Below are positions 41,074-54,380 of a stretch of DNA of 62,180 bases, piece after piece; the stretch's first letter is position 1, and every line of letters starts with the position of its first letter. A program made the translations under genes and the position numbers. The notes beneath the pieces were generated by a model. It made no database searches. It was not told the DNA's origin and saw nothing but the letters and a program-made list of their open reading frames with translations. Location of the stretch: the NCBI GenBank assembly GCA_012026655.1, contig JAAILG010001749.1:1-62180 (forward strand), read 5' to 3'. This DNA is from Hydrolagus affinis (taxonomy: Eukaryota).

Positions 41074-43208
41074 GCAAATGCCGTAATGTTTGAATCATTC
41101 AACCATTAATACAGTATTTGAAGAAAATGCAACCTGACACTGTAATGATTTGTTCACCCAGCGATCTTGACACTTGACTTGGGAGTCTATATCTTTAATT
41201 TGTTACGGGGGCTGCATTTTGAAAATCATTCACGCGAGCTTCTAATACTCTGTTGTTTAAGCAGTTTACGACAAATAGGTTTGGCCATAAAAACTGCAGC
41301 TTTGCTATAATTTTAGCCAACCTGCCTTGATTCTGTTTGATGTGAAACTCAACATACAAAACTCAATTGTAATTGCAATATGAAATAGAACTCCCCAACC
41401 TTCATCTAAAATACCCTGTATGTTGTCGGTGCTATGTAGATCTCACCACCTTTTCACCCTCTCTCCAGGACCGTCCTTCTTAAATGGGAGAAACGTGATG
41501 TTTGGTTAGGACCTTGAGATACTTGAGCCTCCATCCATCCCTCCAAATACAAGTCAGTCCCACTCCTTGTTCAGCCTGTTGTGTTGGAGCAGTATGGAGA
41601 GGACATCCTACCAAGCATTTTCCTCAGCTTTTTTTCAGAAGACTTGGTTAAGAAAAAAAGTTCCTTTATTTTTTACGTTCTGCATTCTCTTGTCAAAAAA
41701 CTGTTCCAGTTCCATTGCTGTTTGTTTGTGAAGTCCACAGAGCTAAATCCGCAGCGCAAGGTGAAGAAGCCGTTTTTAGTACAAATGTCAAAATCTGGCA
41801 ATAGGTGGCAATAGGTCCCAGCTCTCGGATCTCTCTATTCCGAGCTTGGCTGATTTCTAACAAAGGATTTTTTCATGCGTTACATACGACGTGACAACAC
41901 AGACTGGTTAAGCTCTCAGGGTTCAGGTAAGCAGAACTGCAGGGCAAGTTAAGATAATGGGGAAGTACAGATAGATCAAGTGCAAAACAATGATGAAATG
42001 TACAGTTCTCCGACATTACCCTAATCATTTCCACTACCCTTTGCCATTTAATCTCTTATCTTACAAGGTGATCTTCAAATGAGAAATTTGTAAGGCGTGA
42101 TACATAAATCCTGACAGTAAGTTATCACCACAGCTCTCGATGTTAGAAAGAAAATGTATTACCCTGATCTCCACTGCTGAGGTCATTGTGATTGTAGTTT
42201 TGTCCTACAAAACTAAGTTGACTTACCAATGTAAATTGTGGCCTTTTAATATAAATGGTCCCAGGTGAGAGTGCTCCCAAGACGCTACAGCTTGTGAAGC
42301 GTGCTCTGTTAATGTGAGTCGTTGAGAGAAAATGGGCAAGCAAGCTGGTTCCTCGCGACTAAATTAAACAAGGATGATAAATTATATAATGTTTTGGGAC
42401 ACTCAACCCACGACTGTTTTGTGGAACACTGAGGTGCGCAATTAGCTGCTGTGTTTCGCCCACATAATATATACAGCCATTTCATTTGACAGTGTATCCC
42501 GTGAAGCGCTTTGAGACGTCTTGGGAAGGCTTGAGAAGGCGCTGCAATCAAGGCCTGTTATTGATGTTCCTTTGAATGCAATTCTCCGGTCAACCACCAG
42601 GAGATGCTAGGATGACATTTTGTCTTGGGTGTTTTGGTGACCTCTGATTGGCAGAGATGACCAAAACCCGTGTGGAACTGCGAGACGCATAGCTGTGCCC
42701 AGCTATCCTGAAGCCCTGCCCTGCACCAATGTCGTTAACTTCTCACCCAAAGTTAAAAGCCATTCAGTTTCCTTACTTCAGGTGTTTGATAATAATCCCT
42801 TGATAAAACAATAATAATCTTTGAGGGAACACTGCTGTGCGCTATTGGCTGCCGCATTTCACCCACAAATATACAGTCAATTCACTTTACAGTGTATTCG
42901 GTGAAGTGCTTTGAGAGGTTTAGAAGATGTAAAAAGCGCTATATCAAATGCAAGGATTATTATTATGATCCAACTTGCGTAAGTTATATTCACTCGTACA
43001 TTTTTAATAATTTTTGTGTATAAGGTATATTTTCTTGATGTAATTAATGCATTAAACCAACTTTTTTTTTGCACTAGTTGTCTAAAGACCAAGTGTATTG
43101 TACCAGTATGCAAGCAATCTGAGGGTTGTAAAAGGCCATCGCAGACTTTGCTGGGAAATGTCATTATAATTTTGTTACGCATGGTTTCTGCCCTGGAGAA
43201 TATTTAAC

Positions 43209-43390
43209 AGCCTGGCTCAGTTGGTGGCATTTTTTGTCTCTTGAATCAGTAGGATGTGAGTTCAAGTTCTACAGTAGGACTTGAAGCTCTAGGCTGACTC
43301 CAGTGCAGTGCTGGGGTGTGTTGCCTACGCGATGTTAAATCGATGTCCCATTCACCTTGTGGAGGTGGACGTTAAAGATTCAATGACACA
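43209..43390 (+). mobile_element. Old tRNA-headed DeuSINE-like element, 5' part (SacSINE1-like)
   Basis: ggctcagttggtggca...gagttcaagt...ctaggctgactccagtgcagt...ggtggacgttaaagat; distinct from the dominant SINE, whose head follows at 43391-43510. Confidence 0.65.
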
Positions 43391-44049
43391 TGGAGCTCAG
43401 TGGTTAGAGCACTCGCCTTACAAGTGTGAGACCTGTGTGTTCGAATCCAGGCAGATCAGGGCCGAAACCTTGGGCAAGTTTCCATACTCCACACACACAC
43501 GCCTAATAATAGGTGGAACCTGGTGAATCTGTGGAAAGGACATACCGATTTGTTGGAAGGTTTCGTTGATGGTTTCAGGATAATCAGTTGGTGAAGAAAT
43601 TAATGACCGATACATTTGGTGGTTGTGTTTTTATTGGGATGGAGCAGATGTACTGTGATGGCCTTTTTACAGCTGTGTTGTAGCCCTATGTTCCTAAAGA
43701 TGTTATTGTTTAGGGCCAGTAGGTGGCAGAATTCACTCTGAATATGAGCCAAATTTACCCTTAGTAGCTGCACTTCTCCATTGTACAGTATTAGGATAAT
43801 TTATTATTAGCAAGTTAGTGGTATGAACAAAATCCCTAATGGAGCTGACAGCACTATCAATGTCAACAGCAAACAGTGCCACTCATATTAATGTACTGTT
43901 ATTTATCCTGTGATATCTTCAAAAATATTCACGGTTCAGTAATTGTCTGCACTAATTAGTACTGGCTCCAGGACTGGTAGTGCAGATAATTGGACAACAG
44001 AATACCAATGGTGCTGACTTAAATGTTGTTTCGTTAGAAATTGTATTGT

Positions 44050-44436
44050 CATTTCCCCATCTCCCCCACCCTCGCCCGACTCCATTGGCTCCCCATCATC
44101 TAGAGGATCCAATCCAAGATCCTGGTCCACACATTTCAAGCACTCTGTAAAACCTCAACCCACCCTACATCCGTGACCTTCTCTAACCCCTTACCAACTT
44201 TCCCGCCTCCTTCCGCTCAGCAGGCTCTGGCGTGCTCCACGCCCCTCGACCCATCCATCGCAGCATTGGCGGGCGATCCTTTAGCTACTCTGCCCCCCAG
44301 CCTCTGGAGCTCCATCCCGCAGTCCCTCCGCCTTGTCTTGCCTCGCCTCACCCCCTCCCTGGCCTCCTCCAGCGCTTTGGGACGTCCTCCCGACATGAAA
44401 GGCGCTATATAAGTGCAATTTTGTTGTTGTTGTTGT
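44050..44436 (+). mobile_element. L2-type LINE 3' fragment
   Basis: Frameshifted LHWLP...; SIGGRSFSYSAPQ; terminus gggacgtcctcccgacatgaaaggcgctatataa + (TTG)n. Confidence 0.88.
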
Positions 44437-44833
44437 CTTTCCCCGCCCCCCCCCCCCCCACTTCCCTCCAGCTTGCAAGATAATAATAATCCTTGCATTT
44501 ATCACATCTCCCCCCCCCACCCCCTTCCCTCTCTCATTCTCTCCCTTTGTTACTGAATCGCAATGTGCTGTTTAACCTTGTGAGATTGACTTTCGTGTTA
44601 CCAGAAGGGAAACTGCACATGTGAAGTTCCGCACAGTTGCCAACAACTCCAGTCAGAGAAACTGTATTACGCCCTTAATCACCGAGTGTGCATGTGTGTA
44701 AAACTAGCACAACGCGGGCTTTATTTTGCCAGCAAGGCTTCTGCTTGGTGTAGATGAACCGCATTTTATAATAATGTACTCGCTCACCAGGCTCCACCGT
44801 ATATATCTATTTGTCGATACATACAGTATAATC

Positions 44834-45135
44834 ATAATAATAATCCTTACATTTGACAAAGCGTTTTTCACGTCTTTTAGACGTCTCAAAGCACTTCACA
44901 GAAAATACTGTAAAGTGAATTGTCTGTCTATATGCTGGCAAAACGCGGTAGCTAAATTGTGCACAGCTGTAACCCCACAAACAGTCGGGGATTGGAATGT
45001 CCAACTTTTTTTGAGGGATTATTATTAGGCGTGTGGAGTAAGAAAAGTTGCCCAAGGTTTCGTCCTGCCTGGAATCGAACTCGGGTCTCTCGCTTGTAAA
45101 GCGAATGCTCTAACTCCTGAGCTAGAGGACTCCAC
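44834..45135 (-). mobile_element. Full-length SINE
   Basis: Reverse-complement head to tail. Confidence 0.9.
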
Positions 45136-45605
45136 TGCACATTTTCAATTGGACCCTTGCAGGATAATATTTTATTATAATAATAATCTTGCATTTGATA
45201 TAGAGCCTCATAACTGAAGGATATCTCAAAACGTTTCACAAGATTTATTGTGAAATGGAGTGACTGTGTATTTGGAGGCTAATGCGACAGCACAATTGCA
45301 CCCAGCACAGCAACGTCCCACAAACGGACATGAAATGAATAACCAATTTTATTTGGGGGATGGGTGGCCAGGTCACCGGGAATACTCCCGTCTCTTATCG
45401 CCACGTGATCTCAATCATCCAGTCAGACGTGACCTCTCGACCAACTCTCGTTTCCCTCTCTTCTGCATCTCACCCCATTTCCATTTCCGGGTAAGAATAA
45501 TGCATTAAATACAGTATTACTGTGACCTACAGGAGGATTGGTAACAGTTGAAAAGAAAACCAGAAAAGAAAAGATGGTGTTCAACCAAGGATTAGGGAAA
45601 ACTGT

Positions 45606-45706
45606 TCCGACAAAGGGTCGTGGACCCCAAACGTTGACTCGTTTTCCTTTCTCCATGGATGCTGCCTGACCTGCTGAGTTTCCCCAGCAACTTCTGTTTT
45701 TGTTGC
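45606..45706 (+). mobile_element. Penelope-like terminal repeat relic with a decayed hammerhead motif
   Basis: ccgacaaa-gggtc-gtg-gaccc-caaacgttgact...gatgctgcctgacctgctgagtttccccagca resembles a common chondrichthyan Penelope-type repeat (recalled). Confidence 0.62.
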
Positions 45707-45898
45707 TAGGGAAAACTAGGTGTTCACAGAGCCAATGAAAACTGTGTATAAAGGGTTTGGACTGTGGCTGTTAACTCCATTATTCATCACTGAATTCATA
45801 AACATCGTTTCACACGGACTTTCACGATCAACATTGCCCCTTACAGTATATCGTAACTCAATAGCTTCCAATAAGAGTATGGAAAATCATTTGCAATT

Positions 45899-46193
45899 AT
45901 AATAATCCTTGCATTTGATATAGTGCTTTTCACATCTTCTAGACATCTCAAAGCGCAAGTGAATTGACTGTATATTTCTGGACTAATCACGGCAGCCAAT
46001 TGCGCACATCAGTGTCTCACAAACAGTCATGGATTCAAATGACCAATTTCTTATTGTGCTTTTTTTTGAGGGATTATTATTAGTCATGAGTGTGGAGTAA
46101 GGAAACTTGCCCAAGGTTTAGCCCTGCCTGGATTTGAACACAGGACTCAAGCTTGTAAGGCGAGTTCTCTAACCACTCAGCTACAGGACTCCA
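45899..46193 (-). mobile_element. Full-length SINE with a small internal deletion
   Basis: Reverse-complement head to tail. Confidence 0.9.
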
Positions 46194-47309
46194 TGAGTCT
46201 CTAATCCTATTACAAACTTTCTGTACAATATTATCTGACGTTTCAAGTACGAATGCTTTAGACTGATGCAAAATCATGCTGAATATTAACTTATTCTATT
46301 TGCTTTTCATAGGTGAACTTGAGCCACCCATCTGGCATATATAGTGGACAATGCACTGCATTAAAACTTGCGCGTATGTACATCTGCTGCAGAAACAAGC
46401 ACCAGCATCAATATAGAGTCGCTTGAGCCCTCACTCAGAGGTAGGTAGAGTTTTCACTGGCTGACAGTGTGGAGAGAATGCAGTGCCGAGTTACAGGGCA
46501 TCAGAGAACTGAGAATCCGAGAGCCCTCGGACATTGGGCCAACGTTGAAAAGAAAGAGTCTTGAGCACCAGAAAAGAAACGCGTAGATATATTGATTAAC
46601 GTGTGTGGTACAATGGTGATACAACATATTCTAGACTAAAGGTTACCCCCCCAAAGCTGTCTGCCGCTGGTAAACAATGCTATGACCCAGAAAAGAAAAC
46701 AGTAAGAAGGTGTTGCTCAAGTTTCTTTATCAGTAACTAAAAATCAAGGTTTCCGTTACACAGTTCCGGGCAGTATAAGCTTAGCATTATCAGTAGGAAC
46801 TGATACTCTCGGCACAACCCTGGTGACGGAAAGATTTAAGCTTTGATAATTCGGGAACGTTGGAATGTCGTTGTGAAGAGGCAGGCTTGGTAAACTTATC
46901 TTCTAGCGAGATGACGCAATATTTTCACAATGGGAAGTAAGGCGAATTGTGTCCACCTTTCGGGAGGAAATTTAATCTGAGTACATGACCTCTTTAAACT
47001 ATTATATTCTTGATGCTTTCATTGGATGTCTGAGAGTTGACGGTTCCATTATTTTTGAAGCGCACGCAGTTAAATATAGTTTTCTTCACTTAACATTGAT
47101 TGGATCAGTAGGCAGCGCTAAATAGTTCAGCAGTTTGAGTCATTCCATGATGGGCATTGTCTTGAGTATTGCTAATGTCTTGTTTCGCGGTACAAACTGC
47201 ACGATCTATCCACTTTCAAATATATTCTGTGAAGCTTTATCACGTCTCATGGATGTGATAAGGCACTATGTCAAATGCAAGCATTATTATTATTATTAAC
47301 TGGAAACAA

Positions 47310-47552
47310 AATGTCTCAAAGCTCTTCGTACAATATACTGTAAAGTGAATTATTTTGTGGGTGAAATGCAGCAGCCAATTGTGCACAACAAGCTCCCACA
47401 AACAGTCATGGATTGAGTGACCAAACTTTTTTTTTTAGAGAGATTATTATCAGTGTTGAAGTAAGGAAACTTGCCCAAAGTTTCACCCTGCAGGGAATCG
47501 AACCTGGGTCTCTCTTGCTTGTGAGGTGAGCGCTCTAACCATTGAGCTACAA
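47310..47552 (-). mobile_element. SINE, tail-to-tail with a + strand SINE tail at ~47215-47298
   Basis: Reverse-complement body and head. Confidence 0.82.
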
Positions 47553-50500
47553 GAGTTATTTGCTTAATTAAGGGAGTTGATGGATACAACTACAGGGACA
47601 CATTTTCCGCAAATAAGCGCCTGAGGTCAGTTAAGTCTTTGGGGACTTCCACTCCCAAGGAGACTCAAGAAAATCAGGGATAATTGGAAGCATTCAAAAT
47701 TAGCCTGTACCCTACAAAACATCTGACTGTACCTAGGCATTATTACCTTGACAGGCCATTAAAACTCTACCGGTCCATTTAATAGGCTACTCAATGCTCT
47801 AACTTGAACGTCAATGAGAGAATTCATTGTTTGACGGTGATAGAAGTCCACATTCTTACACACATCCAATTAGTGCTCCTTAAATCTGTGATTCCATTTG
47901 TCTTGGTTAGAAAACTTTCCAGCAATGAGATGGGATGACTGTGTGAGCAAACTCGGCATCAGGATGCTCAGTTTGTCCTGAGGCGTAAGTGGGTGGATTC
48001 AGCGTCAAAGATCTTGACTGGAACGCAATGAGGTATTTACAAGAGTTATATTGATGTCTGGATGCTTGTAACAGATTGCTGCACCGATGCAGAAGACAAT
48101 CACTTTTCATGACATCCCCCCCCTCCCACCACCCCACCCCATCTTCTTATTATATACAGTACCTAAAGCAGCTCTGTACGTCACTCTCTCACACAAATGC
48201 GCTTTATATCATGACAAATGGCCTTCCAAGTGTCAGTGGGAATGGGAAGATTATTGGTTTCCTGCTTCCAATCACTGCCTCAGTCCTGCCATTCACCGTG
48301 ACTGATCATTCCCGCAGACAGTAAAATGATCAAGGAGGATATAAATCCAGTCTGAAGATCATGGTGGCAGCTTGAGATCATCATTAAAGGCAGATGAATT
48401 CATCATGCCTGTGATGTCCCGATCGACCTCTCGCCTCTGGGCAAAGGGTTGAGTTATCTCTCCACTGTCCTCCCACCACCACCAAACATAGAATAATTGG
48501 AGTCAAAGGTAGAAAAAAAATACCCAAAAGAGAGTTAAAGATTAAGAATGTTATCTCACAACCCATTGTCAAGCAACTCGCTATAACTGAACCCCTGCAA
48601 TATGAAGCTGTAAAAATAGCTCATTTACGCGCAGCTCATTGAATGAAACTGTCGGCCGTTTTGATGTACCCAGATCGGGACTCCGAAAGACACAGGAACG
48701 AACATCCACCGGTTTTCATAGAACTCTTAGTTGATCAGTTTATACCCGTACCCATGGCTGGGTTTTTTGGAAGGTGAATGCAGCAAACCTTGATGCAGTG
48801 CAATGTTATTTGCTTGATTGACACAGTATCCGAGACTGCCATATGCTCGCTATGTCAGCTGTTGATATTTGTCAGTGGGATTGAAGGTTGAGGGAAGTAA
48901 TTAACTGTGACAAGTGTATGTCTTCTAGTTACGAGGATCTCTTGCTCCACTCCGAGCTCTTTAGAAAAGGTCAAATATTGAATAAAAATCTGAATGTTAT
49001 CAACACAAGACGTATTGCTGGCGAGCAGCCCCCAGAGGATGACAGCTATGCTTTTGGGTTAATAATGCGGATTCCTGGGGGAAAAAATGATTGTCTAGGA
49101 TTCATTCAGTAGGTAAACGATCTCTGCAATTACCAGCTCGTATACATACCCTTACCCCTCCACCCACGACTGCTTTGGTTTAAAAATACCATTCAAGGTC
49201 ATAGTGTGTAAATCTCTGACTCGTGAGAAACAAACTCTGAAGAAGTAACACACCAGGGGAGAGCTAATTGATAACCGCGTTGGAAGGGAAACGGATTCAA
49301 TTATGTTTTACATGCAAGGATTTTGGCAGGTCCCTAACTCAGAAATGTAATATTGGCTGCAATTTTGGGGAGTGTGAGGAGGGGCCAAATGCCCATTGTT
49401 AACAAGTGTGGGTTTGCACTGAGTTCAGAATCTGATGGATTATTAATTTGTGGATTCAACCAAGCCTTTGGCGATCAGCTTTCAAACACCAAGTGGGAAC
49501 CAATGCAAGAGTTACAATTTCCAATATTAGTTTTTGTAACCTTTAGAAATGACTTATTATAAACCCTTGCAATCCATCAGGATTGTGCAGTTACGTGGGG
49601 GAAAGAGCAGGAGATTGAGCCTCAATCTCTCAGCATCTTGGAACGGCCTCCCGATGTGAAAGGCGCTCTATAAATATACCTTTGTGGTTGTGGTTAATGG
49701 ATAGCTCTTTCGATGGCTTCTGTGCTGTAAATTTCTCTGGTTCTATCTCCGAAACAATCCTTGATGGAACCCTACTTGGAATGCAAACCCTCGAATGAAA
49801 CTGTATGGGAATTAGCAACTGAATCTTGTTGACTAATGGTTTGATTTCTCTCTCTCTATGTTCCACCCACCCACCCGCCCCACACACACAATGTAAAGCA
49901 CTGCTAATTTGTCCCTAGCCCATACAAATCAATACTTTTTTGTACGCTCCTCTTGCTGTTGCATTGGTTGACTATTTATATGTTATATCAGCAGAACACT
50001 GAGGAGAACACTGGATGCTGAAATGCTGTACCACATCTTTTTCAATAGGGGCTCGAATTCCTCTTGCACCATGTTTTCCCTCTTCCTGTAGTTCCGACTC
50101 ACAGGCTGAAAGCTTGACTCGTCTGCCGTGTCCGATTGGTAATTCACTAATCGATCCAGTTGTTAGAAAATGACTACCGTACGTTACACTTCATTAATTC
50201 TCCAGTTAAAAGAATGTGGTCCTCGAGTACTGTAGCCTTGTGTGTCAGTCCTGCGATTAATTAACTGAGAAGAGTTTCTTAACATCTCCCAAAGATTTTC
50301 CTTGGCCAATTGTCCAGCAATTTGACTTAACTTCCAATGATAATGCACAGTGATGTGTACATGTATATATTATATCAATATATGTGTACTGTAATGGGGG
50401 TAGTCAGGATATTAATGGTAGTGTATTCCTCCCTACCATTACCCAGTCAGCACTCTATTTAGTTATAAGGAAGTTACTAAAGGGGAGACCAAGCAATTAT

Positions 50501-51342
50501 GGCTTCCAATTGACATTGGAAGAGAGCTGGGAGCAGGGTACTTGCCTCACACCATTGGGTAAATGCCTAATGGAATGGGGACTTTTTTTTTAATATTAAT
50601 AAAAGTTGCTTAAAACAATAGGAAACACAATTTTTGTGTGAAACTCACTGAAATGAGACTTGGGGAGTGCTGCTAAAGAAATGTGCAAGCAAATCTCAAG
50701 CAGGCATTGGCAGAAAACCATATCGGATCTAGTCAGGAGTGTAAAAAGGATTTATTTTCTCTCAAATAATACATTATTGATCAGGGCTCAAACATTACAC
50801 TCTGAACTGGCCCCATGCACAACGACTCGCAATGTGTAACACACACAGCCTTACCTGCTTGAATTAATGATGAGACTGTAAGCATTGGGGAGAGAATAAT
50901 GCATCAAGGACAGAGGGAAAACAGCAACACTGTGTAGCTTGAGGCATGTGCTCAATAGGCCATTTGTACACCATCTGGAGTACCTGAACCCTCTAGCTTC
51001 CAGCTAATGTCAAGCTCTGATTATACAGTAGTTCAGATCTTCCTATGGATATTACAGAAGACACTTATTTGGAACAGATTGTATTTTTAAAAAGCAATCA
51101 TAAAAGTCACGGAAAGAAATGCATTGCTTCGAAACACAAATTGCGCCCAGCTGGAGATCTTGCATTCCATTTACACCCCCCCCCACCCCCTCCCCTAGTC
51201 TGCAGCTCCTGAACCAGAATGGAAATCCTAGTCTCCCTGACGAGGTGGCAGACGGTCTCGTTTCAATTGAATTCTCCACAGTTAGCCCAGCGGTCAGCAC
51301 AGTGTGGCCTCCACAGGTTTTGGGGCCTAAATTTACAATAAT

Positions 51343-51542
51343 CTAATAATAATCCTTATTTTTTATTTAAAAAAATTGGTTATTTCGATCCACGACTGTT
51401 TGTGGGGGACGCTGCTGTGCGCAATTGGCTGCCGTGTTTCACCCACAAACATACAGTCAATTCACTTCACAGTATATTCTGTGAAACGCTTTGAGACGTC
51501 TAAAAAATGTGAAAAGCACTATATCAAATGCAAGGATTACTA
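51343..51542 (+). mobile_element. SINE 3' portion
   Basis: Body plus tail. Confidence 0.87.
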
Positions 51543-51567
51543 TCCCAGCGAGGGGGAATACAGGAAG

Positions 51568-51985
51568 AGCAACAACAACTTGGATTTATATAGAGCCCTC
51601 ACTCCACGCTGGACGGCGGCTCAGAGCGCTTCCCAATAACGGATCGTGGGGGCTGTGGGAGGGGAAAAGGTGACCAAAAGCGCGGTCGGAAAGAAAGGTC
51701 TTTAGCCGAGACCTTAAAGTAAGAAGAGAGGGAGGGGTGAGGCGAAGGGATGTAGTGTAGTGGCTGAAGGCACGGGGTGTAGTGGCTGAAGGCACGGGGT
51801 GTAGTGGCTGAAGGCACGGCCACCGATGGTGGAGCGGAGGATTCGGGGGACAAGGAGGAGGCCAGACCCGGTAGAGCGAAGGCAACTGGTGCTGTTGTGA
51901 GGAGAGAAGAGGTCAGAGAGGTAAGAGTGTGCAGAAGAGTGGAGAGATTTGAAAGAGCAGTGGGGGACAGTGGAGGGGGGGGACA
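51568..51985 (-). mobile_element. L2-type LINE 3' fragment with an internal 22-bp x 3 repeat
   Basis: FKSLHSSAHSYLSDL...STIGGRAFSH and LKTFL on the minus strand; gtgtagtggctgaaggcacggg at 51755, 51777 and 51799. Confidence 0.85.
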
Positions 51986-53525
51986 AAAGTAACCCTGAGG
52001 AACCATATACTCTCTTTCTTGCACTTCTCTGGAAATCCAGAACCCACTAGATATACAGAGCAAAGACGGATAAGTTGCATTTGATATCGCGCTTTTCACA
52101 TCTTATCGACGTCTCAAAGCGCTTCACAGAACATACCATAAAGTAAATATTTGTATATTTGTGGGCGAAATGCAGCAGCCAATTGTGCACAACAGCGTCC
52201 CCCACAACCAGCCGTGGATTGAAATAAATTGGCAACGGGGAGAGAAAATATCTCGGAAAGTAGACAGGAAAGCTATAAGTTAAATAACAGGAGGAAATGA
52301 CACGGTGCAGATTTCTGGGTGGAAAAGGTCAAGTCAAACGATAATATTCATTTGTTTCCAGACAGTTGGCAATATAGAAAGCCAACGTTACCACATTTCC
52401 TGCTGCTCGTGTCATCCCAGCACAACGGTTCAATGAAAGGTTGAGTTCCAACACAAAGGTCCCTTGTTGGCTATTTTGCAAAAAGAATCAATTCCTACAT
52501 GTTTGCAATTAATCTCTTGAGTTCGATGAGACCAAAATATACAGTGAATTCATTTACCAGTATATTCTGTGAAGCGCTTTCAAACAACAACAAAATGACA
52601 TTTTGAGCGCCTTTTACATTGGGAGGACGTCCAAGGCGCTAAACAGTCAGGACGAGACCTAATGGAGCTGGGCGAGGTGGGGAGTGATGCACTTGCGGAG
52701 ACGTCTGGTAGGTGCAGTATCAAATACAAGTATTATTATTGTACATTTGCACCAAACTCAAGTGAGATTTTGTCCATTTAAGCTACTTTTAAACGACTAA
52801 TTGTCTGACCATCTCTGAGCTAACTGTTTGAGAGTTTATTGGCACGGTTGGCAATCTGGAAAGGCGAGATCAAATGACTCTCACCCCTTTTGATATCTTG
52901 ATTGGCTTAAATGTAATGAGGACAAGAGGATTGCAAAGGGGTTAATGCAATGGTTGCAATTTGGTTTTAGATGGAAATGGAATGGGCGAAAGCACTTTGA
53001 GTATAAACTATTCAACCTTTCATCAGCCCAATGCAAACTATTATAAATATGCTCTTATTAGGAGAAGTCGCTAAAAAAAATTGTTGCTGCAGTTACTGTC
53101 AATTATTATTCCCAGCTATATCAACATGTGTCCTGTGGGAAATCTCTTCACATCATTGAACAAATGTGTTTCATTAATGTGTCACCCAATGACTCTGAGG
53201 TTAATTTTTAATTTCGCCTTTCTCTCAACACATATATCCGCAGCTCTCGGAAAAGCTGGAGAAACACTGAGATTTACAGAACACGACACTGCTGTTGGTC
53301 AGGTTTCACTTCCCTAGTATGAGGAACAGGGATAAATATATGGAATAAGTGACGGACTGATAAGAGAAAGACATTAAGTAGAGAGAGACCAATAATGGCA
53401 TATTAACAAACTACAGAGACTTGTTTAAGAGTTGTTTAAGACCTGTTTAAGTGGTAAGAGTTTAATGTCAAGACATAGGAAAAGTCTTAATAGCTAAAGA
53501 GAAAATAGAGGAAGATGAAAAACAG

Positions 53526-53734
53526 TAATAATCCTTGTATTTGATATAGCGTTTTTCACGTCTTCTAGACGTCTCAAAGCGCTTCACAGAATGTACTGTA
53601 AAGTGAATTGACTATATTATGTGGGTGAAACGCGGCAGCCAATTGTGCACAGCAGTGTCCCCCACAAACAGTCGTGGATTGAAATTACCAAATTTTATTA
53701 CAGTATTATTTTTTTTTGGAGGGATTATTATTAG

Positions 53735-53770
<36 letters not shown>

Positions 53771-53875
53771 AATAAGGAAACTTGCCCAAGGTTTCGCCCT
53801 GACCTGCCTGGATTCGAACACTGGTCTCACGTTAGTAAGGCGAGCGCTCTAACCACTGAGCTACTGGAGTTCCAC
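53526..53875 (-). mobile_element. Full-length SINE with internal (CA)n
   Basis: Reverse-complement head to tail; (TG)n at 53736-53768. Confidence 0.92.
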
Positions 53876-54257
53876 ACTTATAAAATGAGAATGTAATACA
53901 AAAAAGCCAAGAAATGTGGGATACGAACTGAACACACCGCACAGGATTCAATTTCCTCCCACAGACCGAGGCCCATCGACTCGCCCACAAATATTATGCG
54001 TCTCCTATAATTTCCTGAAGAAAGTGGCTGCCAAAACTGACAAAGAAATCAAACAAAGCTGCAGATTTCTCTCTAACCTGAGCTCCTGCATTATTAAGCC
54101 TTGACTGATTTGTTGGCACACACCTTGTCCCAGGAGCGACCATGTTCAACAATCATCTCTATCAGTGTTTATCCTTACACAGTACCAACCTTCCATCGTT
54201 CGATTGGAATTATACAGCTTTTGTAGAAATGTTGACCAGCTGTGGATTCACTCTTTC

Positions 54258-54380
54258 ATGGAATTGTACAGCATAAGAAGGTGGCTATTTGGCCCGTCAT
54301 GTCTGTATCAGATCTTTGAAAAGAACTGTCCAAATCAATCCCACTCTCCCCCGCTCTCTCCCCACAGCTCTGCAAACTTA
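54258..54380 (-). mobile_element. Old CR1-type 3' UTR fragment (related copy at ~26520-26660)
   Basis: acagcataagaaggtggctatttggcccgtc...cccactctcccccgctctctccccacagctctgcaaa; family assignment from memory. Confidence 0.5.

Noticed and set aside
51755-51819. CRISPR-like direct repeats
   Set aside because: Head-to-tail 22-bp repeats without spacers inside an L2 fragment; eukaryotic context, no cas genes.
51599-52099. 166-aa minus-strand ORF
   Set aside because: Off-frame reading of an L2 fragment with an internal tandem repeat.
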